From the human T2T-CHM13v2.0 reference genome, Homo sapiens, in the NCBI RefSeq assembly GCF_009914755.1, contig NC_060926.1: 64,000 nt of DNA; one strand, written 5' to 3'. The notes below the pieces were generated by a model. The model saw nothing but the letters and a program-made list of their open reading frames with translations, made no database searches and was not told the origin of the DNA. Positions 1-13,817 of this stretch are shown piece by piece. How positions within the stretch are numbered: the stretch's first letter is position 1; the number at the start of each line of letters is the position of its first letter. A program made the position numbers and the translations under genes.

Positions 1-419
1 AGGCAAGCTGCCTGTAATTGAGCTTGCTTGTATATGACCAATCAACCTTTGCTTGTTGAAGGGTTAGTTATCTAGTTTCCTTCTTTTCTTTTTTGGAATT
101 TGGTCTTTTAAGGTCTTGATAATCTTTCTAGTCTAGAGCATGTGAACAGAACAGAAGGAAAATCAGGACTCAGTTTACTTAATTTAAGCAAGCATTGGTT
201 GCTGCAGTTCAGGGGAGGTTAAAGTTGCTGGGCTCCACTCTCTTATTAGCATGGATGCTTAAGAACTTCAGGGTTTGGAGGTCAGCTGAACAGCTGTTTT
301 TGTACTCTCCCTGGTTTTAGTAGCTGAGTTCTATAAAAGAATACCACTCGGGTAAATGCTAATATACTTTAGCCATTTTTTACCTGATAACATTGCATAA
401 AAAGATTATCATGGCTTTC

Positions 420-454
420 ATTGCTTCTTGGCCTTTTGGCTAAAATCAAGTGTA
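420..454 (+). pseudogene. 3'-truncated U2 snRNA retropseudogene (first 35 nt of U2)
   Basis: ATTGCTTCTTGGCCTTTTGGCTAAAATCAAGTGTA matches the U2 5' end ATCGCTTCTCGGCCTTTTGGCTAAGATCAAGTGTA at 32/35; two mismatches are CpG>TpG. Flanked by an imperfect direct repeat at 399-419 and 454-472. Confidence 0.9.
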
Positions 455-970
455 AAAAGATTGCCATGGCTCAAAAAAAAAAGGAAGAAGAAGAAAAGAC
501 AACTTAGGAAAAGAACTTCTAACAGTGGGATTTTCCCTTTTCTTGATATTGCAGAGTTGATTATACTTGGGTTAGTTTTCTTGAATGGAAACCTTTTCTA
601 TGGCACTTTAGAGATTCTAAATAATTAGTGTTACTCTATGTTATCAGGACTCCACTGTAAGGATATTATACCCAACACCAACACTTTGAAGTATCTTCGC
701 ATTGGTGGGACAATAAAAGAAAAGACTTCTAGAATGGTGGTGGTGGTAGTATTTTCTACTCAACAGAATAGGTGTTGAGCACCTAAGATGCCGTGTAGTA
801 GGTGCTGGGACTACAGAATCCAGTAAAGACTACGCACTGCTGTGGAGGAGCTCAGATTAATATCACTCTACAGGGGGTTTGTCAGTCAGCACATGGCCTG
901 TGTTTCTCTGCATTTTAGCTAATTTTCTGGGTCTGATCTCCTAAGAAAACACCCTTGGGAGGGTGGGGTA

Positions 971-990
971 TGTGTGTGTGTGTGTGTGTG
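971..990. repeat. (TG)10 microsatellite
   Basis: Direct reading. Confidence 0.95.
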
Positions 991-1049
991 GTTTTTGTTT
1001 TCTTTTTTTAAACTAATCTTGCAGAAAATTTTGAGAAATATAGAAAATA

Positions 1050-2500
1050 ATACTAAAAATTTAAATTGTCCATAGTTCTAGCACTCAGAGAAAACCAATG
1101 GAACTTGAAAATATATCTTTCCAATTGTTTTGGAAAAGAACTGAAAATATAGTTTTGTGTAGAAAGTTAGAAAATTCAGAAAAGCACAAAGAATATAAAA
1201 ATCACCTGTAATAGGCCTCTCAGAGGTAACACCTGCTAACATTTGTTCTATATCCATCTAGACTTTTGTGTGTACTTTTTTTTAACCAACATGGGATCAT
1301 ATAGTAATAATTTGTAGCATCTTTTCCAGTTATAAACATTTTCCAATGTCATTAAATCTCCTTTTTCAACATTACTTAATGCCCAGTATTATATTATATG
1401 AATATGTTAAACCTCATATAATCAGTCCCCTGGTTTAGATTCTTCCCAGAACCTAAACAATGCTTTCTTAAACCACCTGTAGAAAAATCTCTGTCCAACA
1501 TCATAATTATTTCCTTAGGATAAATGTATAGCTATGGAATTGGTGGTGAACACGTTTTTAGGATTGCTGGATTGTCCACCAGGCAGGTTACAGGCATTAT
1601 TTTCCCTGCACTTCACAAGTTGATGTTATAACTTAAAACCTTTATGAGTTTGATAAGTAAAAAATAAAAAAACACACAGGCAACTTGTTTTAATTTGCAT
1701 TTCTCATACTACTAGCATAGTTGAACAATTTTTATGTCTTTGACTCTGTGTGTCTCTTTGTGTGAATTGTCTATTAAATAGCCTTTGCCCAATTTTCTAC
1801 TAAAGAATTTATCTTTTTCTTTATTTTAAAAAGTTTCCATAATATAAAGGACATATATGAAAGATATTGACACTTTTTCTATCACATAACTGTCCAGTTT
1901 ATCATTTAGCTATACAGAATCAGTCTTCCCTCACTGATTCAAGTTGCTACCTTTGGTGTATACTTATTTTTGTTTATGGCTAAGTCTCTTTCTAGACTTA
2001 TTCTTCCAGTCCATTGATCCATCTCGTCTTCCTGTGCCAATATATACCCTTTCATTCTCCTTTTTTTTTTTTCCATGCCCTTATCTATTTTCACCAGTTT
2101 ATTTTTCCTGAAAAAAATTTTAATCTGTGAATTCCCCAACCCCTAAATTCTTTGGGGAGTTTAAAAATTGACATTGCATAATTCCAATATAAATTAACCT
2201 TTAAAAGTTCATGCTTATATATTAGATCTTTTCATCCAGGATTTGGTATGTGCCTTAATTTATTCAGATTTCTCTTCTGTCTCTAAGCAAAGTTTTGTAG
2301 CAAAGTTTTCCACACAGGTCTTATACATGTCCTGTAAAAGGTATTCCTGGATTTATATATTTTTAGATTGCTATTGGTTTCCCATCTTAGTTAACTAATT
2401 GATTATTGTTGGAATATAAACATATTTGAATCTTTTGTCGTTACATACCCTTTATTGATGATAATTCTGCTATTTCTTTCTCTTAACTGAGAATTCCTCC
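1050..2500 (-). mobile_element. Ancient L1M (L1ME-like) fragments
   Basis: AT-rich sequence with degenerate antisense L1 motifs (ttaatttgcatttctc, ttgaacaatttttatgt, ttgctattg). Boundaries approximate. Confidence 0.55.
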
Positions 2501-4307
2501 AATTTAAAACAAAGCCTTTCAATGAATCCCTCAGCAAATGGAGACTGAGCAAACACATATAAGCTACAGCCAATAGGTCAGGAGCCAGGTGGTAGAATAG
2601 ACTCTTTTTTCAAAAGATGGCTCTGGCATCTCCTTTAATAGTAGACATCCATTTTTCTGGAGTGGTACATATGCAGCTCTTGCTAGAATTAGGTGCCTGG
2701 TCTAGAGCTACTACCTCTGCCAGAATCTTCTGACCCTGTGACAGAAGATTTCTGTGTGTGCTCCATGGGGAAGACTCCGCAGCCCAATCTAAGCTGTTAT
2801 TTCCATTTGGTCAAACAGTATTTCAGTGGCATCTGGTCTGGCATGAGAAATCAATTCAGTCAGGTCTCTTCTGGAAGAATATTCTAATTGATTACAGGTC
2901 CCTATAGTTGTTCCTTTTGGGTTTTGATTTTTCAAATGACCAAGTCCCTTATATGGGAAGGGCTGGGGCCTGACTTTTGCACTGGGCCTGAGTTGTGGTA
3001 TGCATTGCATCACTCTTATTGTTTCTGAACTTTCTTGACCACATTCAGATTTCACTCTGGGATGTTGTAACAAGTCCATGTTTGTTGCAACATGGGGTAA
3101 GGTTATTACGAAGGAGAGACACAGCGATCAGTGTATAAATCCAATCTATATTGATGGTCTGGAGAAGAACTCACATTTGTACCACAAGAATCATCTTCCT
3201 TGTACTATAACCCTTGAGTAGATGACACCTGCCTTTGGCAAGACTTGGAGGAGAGACACATGCTGGTCATTTGACCAATTTCCAGTCTCCTACCTGGGAC
3301 CCTGGGGCTATTCCCTTACTTTTTGTCATAGGCATTAATAGTCAAATAGTGGGATAGAGCCAACAGGTATGATTATAATATATATGTTGTATTTGAAAAT
3401 TAGGCTCTGAAAAGGAGATATTAATGTGGTGTACTTATGTATTTCATACTTTAATAATGAAGTGACCTTATCTCTCCAAAATGTAGCCACTGTTAACTGC
3501 TATTTATGTATTATTCACTGAGTATATTACTATCTTTGTATTTTCTACAAAGATTTATCAGCACAATTGTGAGAAATCTTCAAAACCTTTTAGGGTTCCA
3601 ATTAAGTTGGTAATAATGATGCACTTGGCAATTGTTTATAAAGGGATCATTTTAGAAAAAGGAGGAAAGTATTTTTTCCCTCTTCAAAGTGTGACTTGTA
3701 GTCTTCACCTGGATTTTTTTTTTTTCTGTTTAACCCAGTAGGGCTTTGTTCTCAATGCAGAATCTCCTGTGACCCTTGACATTTTAAGGGATTAATTTTA
3801 CAAGTCCCATTAATAAAACTTGTTCCTTCTTACTCTATACTAAATACCTTCTTTTCCTTATTATACAGCTCATACATACCCATATCTAAAATTATTTTTG
3901 TTCAAACTCCAATTATCTTATAGGATTTAAGATGCTATTTAATTGGGTAAGTCTGGCCCACACCAAGATAGGTGATAAAATGGTGAAACCTCAGAGTTAA
4001 ACAGGCTACCCTGTTGAGGGTGATCTATTTGGAAAGGAAAAGAAGGTTATGATAGGCTGTGAAAACTTGGAAAGAAGTTAAGTCAGATGGGATGTTTGAG
4101 GGTGAGGGAAAAGAAAGAATATGTTTGGTAAGAGCAAAGGAGAGCCCATTCTATAACTTTAGGTGAGAGCTGATATCTATCAGGGTTTGAATATAGCTCC
4201 TACAAATCATTCTGCAATAATTCATCTACACGTTTGAGCACTCCAACTAAATTTTAATTACCTCAAAGGTAGGGACTTGATCTTACTCAATATTGTATCC
4301 CAAGACT

Positions 4308-4574
4308 TGCTGGGGGCACTGGCTCACAACTGTAATCCCAGCACTTTAGGAGGCCGAGGTGGGAGGATCAGTTGAGCCCAGGAATTCAAGACCAGCCTGG
4401 GCAACATAGTGAGACCCATCTGTACCAAAAAAAAAAAAAAACCTGTAGTCCCACCTACTCAGGAGGCTGAGGTGGGAGGATTGATTGAGTCTGCGAAGTT
4501 GATGCTACAGTAAACTGTGATGGCACCACTACACTCCAGCCTGGTTGACAATGCAGACAAAAAAAGAAAGAAAA
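4308..4574 (+). mobile_element. AluJ-like SINE with the start of the right arm deleted
   Basis: ctgtaatcccagcacttt...caggaattcaagaccagcctgggcaacatagtgagacc, A-linker, right arm, A tail. Confidence 0.9.
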
Positions 4575-4609
4575 TATAGCCTGGGACCTAAGAAAGCAGC
4601 AGAACATAA

Positions 4610-4914
<305 letters not shown>

Positions 4915-5389
4915 CAGCCTGTTACACTTTCAATAAAGAGAACTAATCACAGATAACAGTGCTTCCTTCAAACACACACACATACCCACACACCCTTCAT
5001 TTGGTACCACTTCTGGTCTTGATTACATCCAAGTCAGGAAGAACTTTAAGGATAGTATATTTAATGCAGGAGGCACTATCTACAGATAGCACCATCTACC
5101 TAATAATCCTACTCTGTTGAATCTATTCCGCAATTTGCAGATCTACTAGCCTGAGAGAGATCCATAGATAGAATCAAGGAAGCATGGTCTGGAGGCAGAA
5201 ATAAGAAGAGCTACAGTCAGAATTGTCTGAGTTAGCCCAGGTGCTTTCTATCAGTGCCAAAGCTCTGGTAGGAGCTGGTGCCTCAAACAGCTTGGCACCT
5301 TCTTCATTAATAACTTCCTTTACTTGGATATTTACTTTCCGTAATTCATGGCTGGCAAGAAGTTAAGGAAAACTAACAGCAGAAATACG

Positions 5390-5990
5390 TGGTATCTGAA
5401 TATATTTTATATTTAAATCTTTAATCTGTTTGGAATTTATTTTGATGTTAACCTCCTCACTCTCTTGCCATTTTCTGAATAATCCATTCTTTCCCTAAGG
5501 ATTTATGGTGTTATCTCCTTTATGTGCTAAATTCCTATCTATTCTTAGGTCTGTTTCTGGGGATTTCTATCCTATTCATTTGATTTGTCTGCCTATTCCT
5601 GTATTAGTACTACACTGTTTTTAATTATTGAAGCTTTATAATACAATTTAATATCTGGTACAGCACATTCCTCCTCATTATTCTTCTTATTCAAAAATTT
5701 TGGCAGTGTCACACACATCTATTCTTCTAGATGAAGTGTAGTCCCAGCGTTAAAAAGAACACTGTTGGGAGTTTTTTTCTTGGAATTGTGTTAAATTTGT
5801 AAACAAACTTGAGGAACATTGACATTTTTTGTTTGGAGGATTCATATCCAGGAATCTGCTATTTTTTTCATTTACTCAATTTTCTTGTGTCTTTCAACAA
5901 AGTTTTATAGTTTTCTTCCCATAGATCCTTCCCAACCTGTTTTAAATTTGCTCCTCAATATGTTATACTTTCTTCTTGCTATTGCACATG
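5390..5990 (-). mobile_element. Ancient L1M ORF2 fragment
   Basis: Degenerate antisense L1 ORF2 (tttaaatctttaatc...tactacactgtttttaattattg...ttggaattgtgttaaatttg). Confidence 0.6.
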
Positions 5991-6519
5991 AGATATGTGA
6001 AGATCTCTGTGCTTGGACTTCCCAAGTCAATACATATTTGCCTCTATTTTTATTCTCCTTTGGCCATTGCAGTCGAGATCAAGGAGGGAGGCCCAGACTC
6101 TTCAGGACACTTGCTCCTGCAGCAAGCAGAAGTGAGGCAGCTGCCTCCCTCCCAACCTTGGAATCCTTTCTACCCCTGACTCTCAATGATGTGAACAGGA
6201 AATAAAGGAATCTTTTATTTTGCATTCATTGGCCTTATAAAACCCTTGCTAATTTTGTAAATGTAAAGAAATAGTACTTTTAGCATAAGCACTTTCTGTG
6301 TTTCCATAGAAAATGGATTAGATTTTCCATTAATTATTTTAATGACAAAAGATGTCCATTTTCTTCAAGGAAGTATTCAGAAAAGTGGATTTTGCCAGAT
6401 AGCCTCTGTCTGCCTAGTGAGACATTTTTGAGTTCCCTATTGATTGTAAAAGGAATATCATAGTGCTCTTATTATCTGTGTTTGCTCACAGCAATTCTCC
6501 TTCTACAGAGGAAGCTAGG

Positions 6520-6730
6520 ATTGAAAGAATAACTGCTACCATATACAGAGTACTCCCTGTCAGACCCTGACCCAAGGGCTTCCATACCTTGTCTCAGTCA
6601 ATACCCATGACAGCCCTCCCAGGGAGGCGCTTGTCACCCTCATTCTACTGATGAGGAAACTGAGGCTACACAGAGTTAAGTAATTTGCCCAGGGTCACAC
6701 AGGGAGTAAGTGGCAGAGCCAGGATCTCAA
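6520..6730 (+). mobile_element. MIR SINE, interrupted by an L1 and resuming near 7285-7310
   Basis: MIR core gatgaggaaactgaggct...agagttaagtaatttgcccagggtcacacag...gtaagtggcagagccagg. Confidence 0.8.
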
Positions 6731-6742
6731 ACATTTACTCTT

Positions 6743-7287
6743 TTTTAAATATTAACTTCATTTTTAATTTTTGTGGGTATGTAGTAGGTCTGTATATTTA
6801 TGGGGTACATGAGGTGTTTGATACAGGCATGCAATGCATAATAATCACATCAAGTAAAATGTGGTGTTCATCCCCTCAAGCATTTATCCTTTGTGTTGCA
6901 AACCATCCAGTTCTACTCTTCCAGTTATTTAAAAATATACAATTATTTTGACTATAGTTACCCTGTTGTGCTATCAAATACTAGGTGTTATCCATTCTTT
7001 TAAGCTATTTTTTTTTTAACCCATTAACCATCCCCACCTCCTGCCCACCCCCGCTACCTTTCCCAGCCTCTGGTAACCCTCCTACTCTCTATGTCTGTGA
7101 GTTCAATTGTTTTGATTTTTACATCCAAAAAATAAGTGAGAATATGCAACGTTTGTCTTTCTGTGCCTGGCTTATTTCACTTAACCTAATGACCTCCAGT
7201 TCCATCCATGTTGTTGCAAATGACAGGATCCCATTCTTTTTATGGCTGAATAGTACTCCATTATGTATATGTACCACATTTCTCCAG
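6743..7287 (-). mobile_element. L1MA-type 3' end, 5'-truncated
   Basis: Antisense L1 3'UTR (atttatggggtacatgag...tgtctttctgtgcctggcttatttcacttaac...tagtactccatt). TSD acatttactctt at 6731-6742 and 7288-7299. Confidence 0.85.
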
Positions 7288-8652
7288 ACATTTACTCTTA
7301 ATCACTGCATTAATATTTGGTTGCATAGTGACTGAGTCAGAATTTTTTAAAAAAATTAAAAATCAACAAAATTTGGGATACTTAAAACTTACTGAATAGA
7401 ATCTATAGTTGTATCTAAATTTGTTATTACTAGTTATGGGCCATACTTGATTCAGAGCATGACTTATTATAGTTCAAAGATTGGTTTCTTTATGCCACTG
7501 TAGACCAAAGGTATATCAGCTTATTCAGAATAATTAAAGTTATGTTTCTGAAGAGTCAGAAGGTGAAGTTTGTTAGTCCATGGCCTAGGTACAAAGCAGT
7601 GTGGATCAGTGCTAAAGGAAGAGGCAGCCGGGTGCCAGGAAGATGGGAGGTAGCTCTTGGCAACAGAGGGAAGACTGAAGAAGATGTGATGGGAGGAGAG
7701 TCAACTTCCTGGGTCACACTGAGGTGTCGGGTGGCTTCCTGTTGAGGATATATGGCAAAACCCCTGCTAGTTCCCCAAATGGGAGTTTGACCTGGTTTAA
7801 AATGGGACAGCAGGGCACAGGAGTAGTCAGAACTGAGAAAAGAGAGCTGAGACGGGTGTTTGTTCTGCTTGTTTTGGATCTGGGAGCTCCGTGGGTACTC
7901 AGGGCTGGCAGAGGGATTCTAGATCCCAGGAGTTTGTGTGTCTGTATGTGTGTCTGTGTATGTGTGTGTGTGTCAGGGTTGGAGAGCTTTGGTAGGAGCT
8001 GTACATAACAGAGGGGTCTGTTTGCTTTTTTATCTGGTTCAGGGATTGGATTTCACTACTGTATGATAGAACTGAGTCTACTTAATATATTTCATTGCTC
8101 TCCTGTGGTTGGCCCGGGCACCAGTGTGGGGATGTCTGCAGGCAGTGGCATGTGGGCAGGGGGCAGCCATCAGGCTGCAGCAGTGAGGCGCCGGAGAAGG
8201 CCAAGGCAGACACTGCCAAAGACAGAGTTGGCTTTGGGTCTCTGCAAAAATCCAGAAAGAATTCTGGTCCTATTTTTGTAGAACTAGGCCAGAAAACACT
8301 GAATGAACAAGTATTAGTCTCAGCTGGAATTAGTCAAATGGCTTATTTCTAGTTTCACGACTAGGAGTGTTCTTTGGAAACCCACATTTGGGTAGTGAAA
8401 ATTGCACTTTCTGGGCAAGACTCCTATAAGGCTAGAAATGACAATGCATCAAAAGATGACTTTATTATATTTTTATCAGTGGACAAACTTCCTAAAAAAA
8501 TTCACACACTCATATCTGCATATAAACCAACATCATAAAAGTACTAAAATGACACTGTTCTGAATCATGCAGTCTTTGCAAATAACAAGCTGGCTGAAAA
8601 ATATCTAAATATAATTTTAATTTTTGAACTTTTTCTTCTAATTGGAAAATTA

Positions 8653-8950
8653 GCTCATACCTGTAATCCCAGCACTTTGGGAGGCTGAGGCAGGCAGATT
8701 GCTTGAGGTCAGGAGTTCGAGACCAGCCTGGCCAACATGGTGAAACCCCATCTCTGCTAAAAATACAAAAATTAGCCGGACGTGGTGGCGGGCGCCTGTA
8801 ATCCCAGATACTCAGGAGGCTGAAGAAGGAGAATCTGTTGAGCCTGGGAGGCAGAGGTTGCCATGAGCTGAGATCACGGCACTGTACTCCAGCCTGGGCG
8901 ACAAGAGCAAGAACTCTGTCTCAAAAAAAAAAAAAAAAAAAACAAAAAAA
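8653..8950 (+). mobile_element. AluS SINE
   Basis: Alu consensus, long A tail, TSD gaaaattag. Confidence 0.95.
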
Positions 8951-10249
8951 GAAAATTAGTCTATAAGTTTTATGGCAAGAAATAGACAAATTTATAAATG
9001 TATAAATTATACTTTCTCATAGTGTTTCTAATAACATGATCTATTTTCATGGCTCTTTTTGAAGAATATTATCCAAGATGAACAAGTATATTTTACATAC
9101 AAGTTTTCTTCCCTTCCCTGGTCCCCACCACATGCAGTAGTGGGAGGAGCACACCTGTAACATGAGTCTTTGCTCTGACTCTGCCACATGGACAGGTTTT
9201 TCAGAAGAAGTGAAAGACTTAAAAATAGTAAAGCCCTTGTGCCATTACCTCTTCCTAGCTCAGAAATGAATGCTGTACTCCCCAAGCTTGCCAAGCCTTA
9301 GAGCACCCTTGGAGAGTTTAGGACAACTTCCTCATGACCTAGAAGAGGCAGGAGGCTCAGAAGGAAGGAAGTCTAATGCCTTGCTTACTAGCCCTGCCTT
9401 AGGGGAACATCCTGAAGTCTCCCTGGAGAGTGTGAATTGACTTCTTACATTAATATCATGCATATTCACCTGTCCTATAGCTTTCTGAAGCCATTTCCTT
9501 TCTTTGGTCTATATTTTCAACTTTTGCTATTACAGTACAATTCTTAAGAGGAAAAAGGGCAAACCTGTAAGGCATTGCATTGTTTCCCAATTCAGCTGGA
9601 GGGGAGCCTCCTAGACTCCAGGGAACTCTGCTCCAAGTAGGTTGTGTGTGGGCAATGAATGTTATCTAAAACCTGAAGACTCTGAGCACTGCTGAAGGTG
9701 CAAAGATGCAGTAGAGATGGACTCTGTCCTCTAGAAGCTTAAAGTCTAGTTGAATAGATGACATAATCCATTCAGCAAACACTTATTAAGCATGTGTGTG
9801 TTTGAGGCACGGTGACAGCACAGCAATGATTAAGCTGCAATCCTGACTTTCTAAGGAGACTGCAATGAATGGTTAAGTAAGAAATATGAAACAAGTCAGG
9901 CAGTACAGTGAACTTCCCAGTGAATAGTATAAACAGTTAAGTGGTGCTTAGAAAATAGAGGAATCACTGTGAGCTAGGATGGCTTGGGAAGGCTTTAAGG
10001 AGGTGGTAAGCTTAAGCAAAACCCCCAAATCTCAGCTGCTTCTTACATTCATAGAATTTTCCAGGTTCTAGAATAAAGCACAAACCATTTCAAGGAAATG
10101 TAAATTTCTCAGTTGGAGCAACTCTCGTGCTCTCTCTTCAGTCAGTTGCCGTGGCTGCTGCTTCATCCAGCCCTTCTCCCTCTCCCACTCCGTGCCATTG
10201 CATCAGTCTGACATACTCCAAGAACAAAAAGTATAAAAAATGACTCAGT

Positions 10250-10620
10250 AAAAACCCCCATCACTTCCTTCCTTATCTCTGTCTGACTGTTCCTTGCCTT
10301 CTCCCTGCCCAGCCAGTTTCTTATGTGTCATTCCAGAGTTTGTCTACATACAAGAAAACATGAATATAGATTCTTGTTTTCCTCCATCTTTAAGATAGCA
10401 TGGTATACTCACAGTTTGGAATCTTGCTTTTCTCCACTTAACAATATATCTGGAAAATCTTTCCTAATAGGACATAAAGCACATTCTCATTCTTTTTGAT
10501 AGCTACATAGTACTACACGGTGTGGATGTAGCATAATTTATTTAACCAGTTCCCTCCTGGGTGGTCATTTGGGTTGTTTCAATCTTTGCTATTACAAATA
10601 AAGCTTCAACAAATAACTCC
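10250..10620 (-). mobile_element. L1ME-like 3' fragment
   Basis: cttgcttttctccacttaacaatatatc...ttatttaaccagttccct...ggtcatttgggttgtttc. Confidence 0.65.
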
Positions 10621-10621
10621 A

Positions 10622-10782
10622 CAGATATATATGCTCCTTGACTTATGATGGGGTTATGTCTCAAGAAGCCCATCATAAATAAAAAACATCCCAAGTCTAA
10701 TATGCATTTAATACTTCAATAAACTCATTATAAATTTAAAAAATTGTAAGTTGAACCATCATGAGTCAGGGACCATTACTGT
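10622..10782. mobile_element. MER47/Tigger-family (TcMar) MITE
   Basis: cag...tgctccttgacttatgatggggttatgtc ... ttgtaagttgaaccatcatgagtcagggaccat..ctg, degenerate terminal inverted repeats. Confidence 0.7.
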
Positions 10783-11067
10783 ATATAGTATTTACACATG
10801 TGAATGACTATATAATAGCAGATATTATTCCCTACCCCAGCACTTGTATTATCAATAGACTTAGCTTCGAAAACCTTGGATTTTGCTTCTCATTGGTTTT
10901 CACCAGAGTTGTCTGGTTCAAAATATGTTTATTCAGCAAAAGGTCATTGGTAGCATTTGCCATCGCAAGGCCTGGGCAACTTCACACTCTTTGAGAACTC
11001 ATTCTGCCTGGGGTGCTTCTGGCCCACTGTGAAACTCTCAAATGCTACTGTGGTCTTGTTTTCATAG

Positions 11068-11182
11068 ACGGGCTCATCTTCGCTTGTGCCTGGAGAAGTT
11101 GAAGGGGCTGGTGCCACTGGGACCCGAATCAAGTCGACACACTACGTTGAGTTTATTAACAAAAGCCAAATTGCACATAAAG
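11068..11182 (+). CDS. MXD1: MXD1 internal coding exon (bHLH helix1-loop-helix2)
   Basis: ttcatag|A CGG GCT...ATA AAG|gtaagt. 115 nt encoding [38 protein letters not shown]; phase joins the next exon. Confidence 0.97.
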
Positions 11183-11269
11183 GTAAGTGTATTGTTGGGA
11201 TGCTGCTTTATCTTTACCTGTTCAGTGAGGGTTTGTCTGTTGTTACATCTCCAGGACAGTCCTCTCCCC

Positions 11270-12140
11270 TGAACTCCTCCAGTCTAGCTATTGGATGAAT
11301 CACAGGTACCTCAAATGCAACATATTCAAAACCCAACTGAGTGTTTCTCACTCCCATGCACCAGAGGTTAAATGGTCCATCCAACTCTCCATCCAGTTGT
11401 ACAAGCCAGAAATTCAGGAGTCCGTGATAGCTCCTGCTCCTTAACCATATATCTAGGCCATCTCCAAGGCCTAAATATTTTGCAACCGGTCTACTTCCAT
11501 CTTCATCCCCACTGTCTACTGCAATAAAATCCTCAGAGGTCTCCCTATATCCCTCTGGGTCCCTCCCGTCTGCTTTCCATGCTTCCTGAGAACAGTCCTT
11601 CCAAGGTGCAAATCAACACGTGACCTTGTTTAAAATTCTTCTGTGGCTCAGGACAAGCTCTGTCACCTGGTCTGCCCCAGATTCTGCCTTGCCTGGTCCT
11701 CACTTGCCTCTGCAGCACCATCTTGTTCCCCAATTCCCCTTTCTCCAGCCCTTCTTCCAGTCCCTGGCACTGTCATATTGTCTTACTTTAGGGCCTTTGT
11801 CAATGCTCTTCCCTCTGCTTGGTACACTTTCCTCTCTCTTCTTCACCTAGAGGACTTCTACTTATTCTTCAGATCACAGTGCAAGTCTCTCTAGCTCTGA
11901 GAATCCTTCGCTGACTTTCCCAACTCAGTGACCTCCTTCCTGTGACAGGTGGTCCCATCACTGGGTATCTCTTAGCCCTGTCATAACTGACATTTGACAG
12001 TGGTTTGTGTGACCATTGGGTTGTCTCAATCCTTAGACTATACACCCCACGAGGGAGGGGACTGGGTCTTTGTGCTCACCTCACAGCCCCAGCACCTCCT
12101 AGGGTATCGGGCACAGAGTTGACACTCTCTTTGCTACCTG
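11270..12140 (+). mobile_element. L2 LINE 3' portion
   Basis: L2-type motifs caggtacctcaaatgcaacatattcaaa...ctacttattcttcagatcacag...gagggagggg...cacagccccagcacct. Confidence 0.7.
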
Positions 12141-12951
12141 AATAGCAAAGGGTAAGGGGAATTGGATTCAAAGTCTTGAGAGCCACAGCCAAAATCCCTG
12201 TTTAGCATGTTTGTATAATCATATTATAGTTGGACAAATGTTACTTTAATTATGGTTAGAAGCCTGCATTCATGACAATTCTGGGAGAAAACCTCTATTT
12301 AAAGCAAAACAGCTACAATTAAACAATCTTCTTAATTATCTGAAGAATATGAGAAGCTGGGGGCAGATTTATAAAAATGAGTATTCTATGGAAATGTGTT
12401 TTCTAAACTCTTCTGTTGGACAAATTAGAATCAGGACATCAAAAGGGACTATTATTTCCTGCTAACAAACAGAAGTTAATTGAGATTTGGCATGACACAA
12501 AAAAGTGCTTATGTAATTGGGACATGTACTTGAATAAACATAGTTTTAAATGGAAGCGTGTTTCTTAAGCTCCCATCAAGTGCAGTTTTCTAGTCCGGAG
12601 ATCAGGTGTTCAGGGGATCGCTGCAAACAAGGGAGATCAGGTTGGGGACTGCTGCCTGCAGTCTTTCTGATACTAAAACTGAGGGCTACCAGGGTGCCAG
12701 TATGTGAGAGCTCACCCCCAGAATCCCTGTGACAGGACAAGTACCCCCAGCACTGGCGATGCTGAAGAGTCAGACGAAGCCAGGAGTCACTGGCCAGTCG
12801 ACTTCCTGTCTCAGGGAGAAGCTTGATGAGTGGCACCGAAAGGCGTCTGAGGAAGTGTGGCGCATTCCACTGCTAGAAGGGAAGATGCGGGGGCCATTGC
12901 CCATTTAGAGATCTCCCTGTGGGGCCCAACAACTACCCCTTTGACTTGCAG

Positions 12952-13111
12952 AAACTTGAAGATTGTGACAGAAAAGCCGTTCACCAAATCGACCAGCTTC
13001 AGCGAGAGCAGCGACACCTGAAGAGGCAGCTGGAGAAGCTGGGCATTGAGAGGATCCGGATGGACAGCATCGGCTCCACCGTCTCCTCGGAGCGCTCCGA
13101 CTCCGACAGGG
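12952..13111 (+). CDS. MXD1: MXD1 coding exon (leucine zipper and RIRMDS kinase motif)
   Basis: gacttgcag|AAA CTT GAA...GAC AGG G|gtgagc. 160 nt encoding KLEDCDRKAVHQIDQLQREQRHLKRQLEKLGIERIRMDSIGSTVSSERSDSDR. Confidence 0.97.
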
Positions 13112-13335
13112 GTGAGCCTCTCTCACTCTCCTCCCTGTCTCCCTTGTGCTCCCCAACCCCAGAGCAGGGAGGGGTTCAGTACTGCGGACAGGAGGCAGAG
13201 TGTAAGAAGAACTAAGACACTGGGTATGATGTAGAGAAGTCGAACAGTGTGACCTCCAGTGACAGGTTCCTTCTCCCTGCTAACACTTAGGTGACAACCC
13301 CAGAAGAGTTTGATTGGTGTCAGTTTTCAGCCTAG

Positions 13336-13764
<429 letters not shown>

Positions 13765-13817
13765 AGCTTTCTGCAGAGCGCTTTCATCAATGTCCTTCTC
13801 TCTTGTCCTCCCTGCAG

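Noticed and set aside
1-400. Possible processed-pseudogene 3'UTR ending in the A run at ~473
   Set aside because: No parent gene recognised; the structure is explained by the U2 insert and its TSD.
428-628. 66-aa Lys/Arg-rich NLS-like ORF
   Set aside because: Non-ATG start inside the U2 retrocopy, reading through an A-rich tract.
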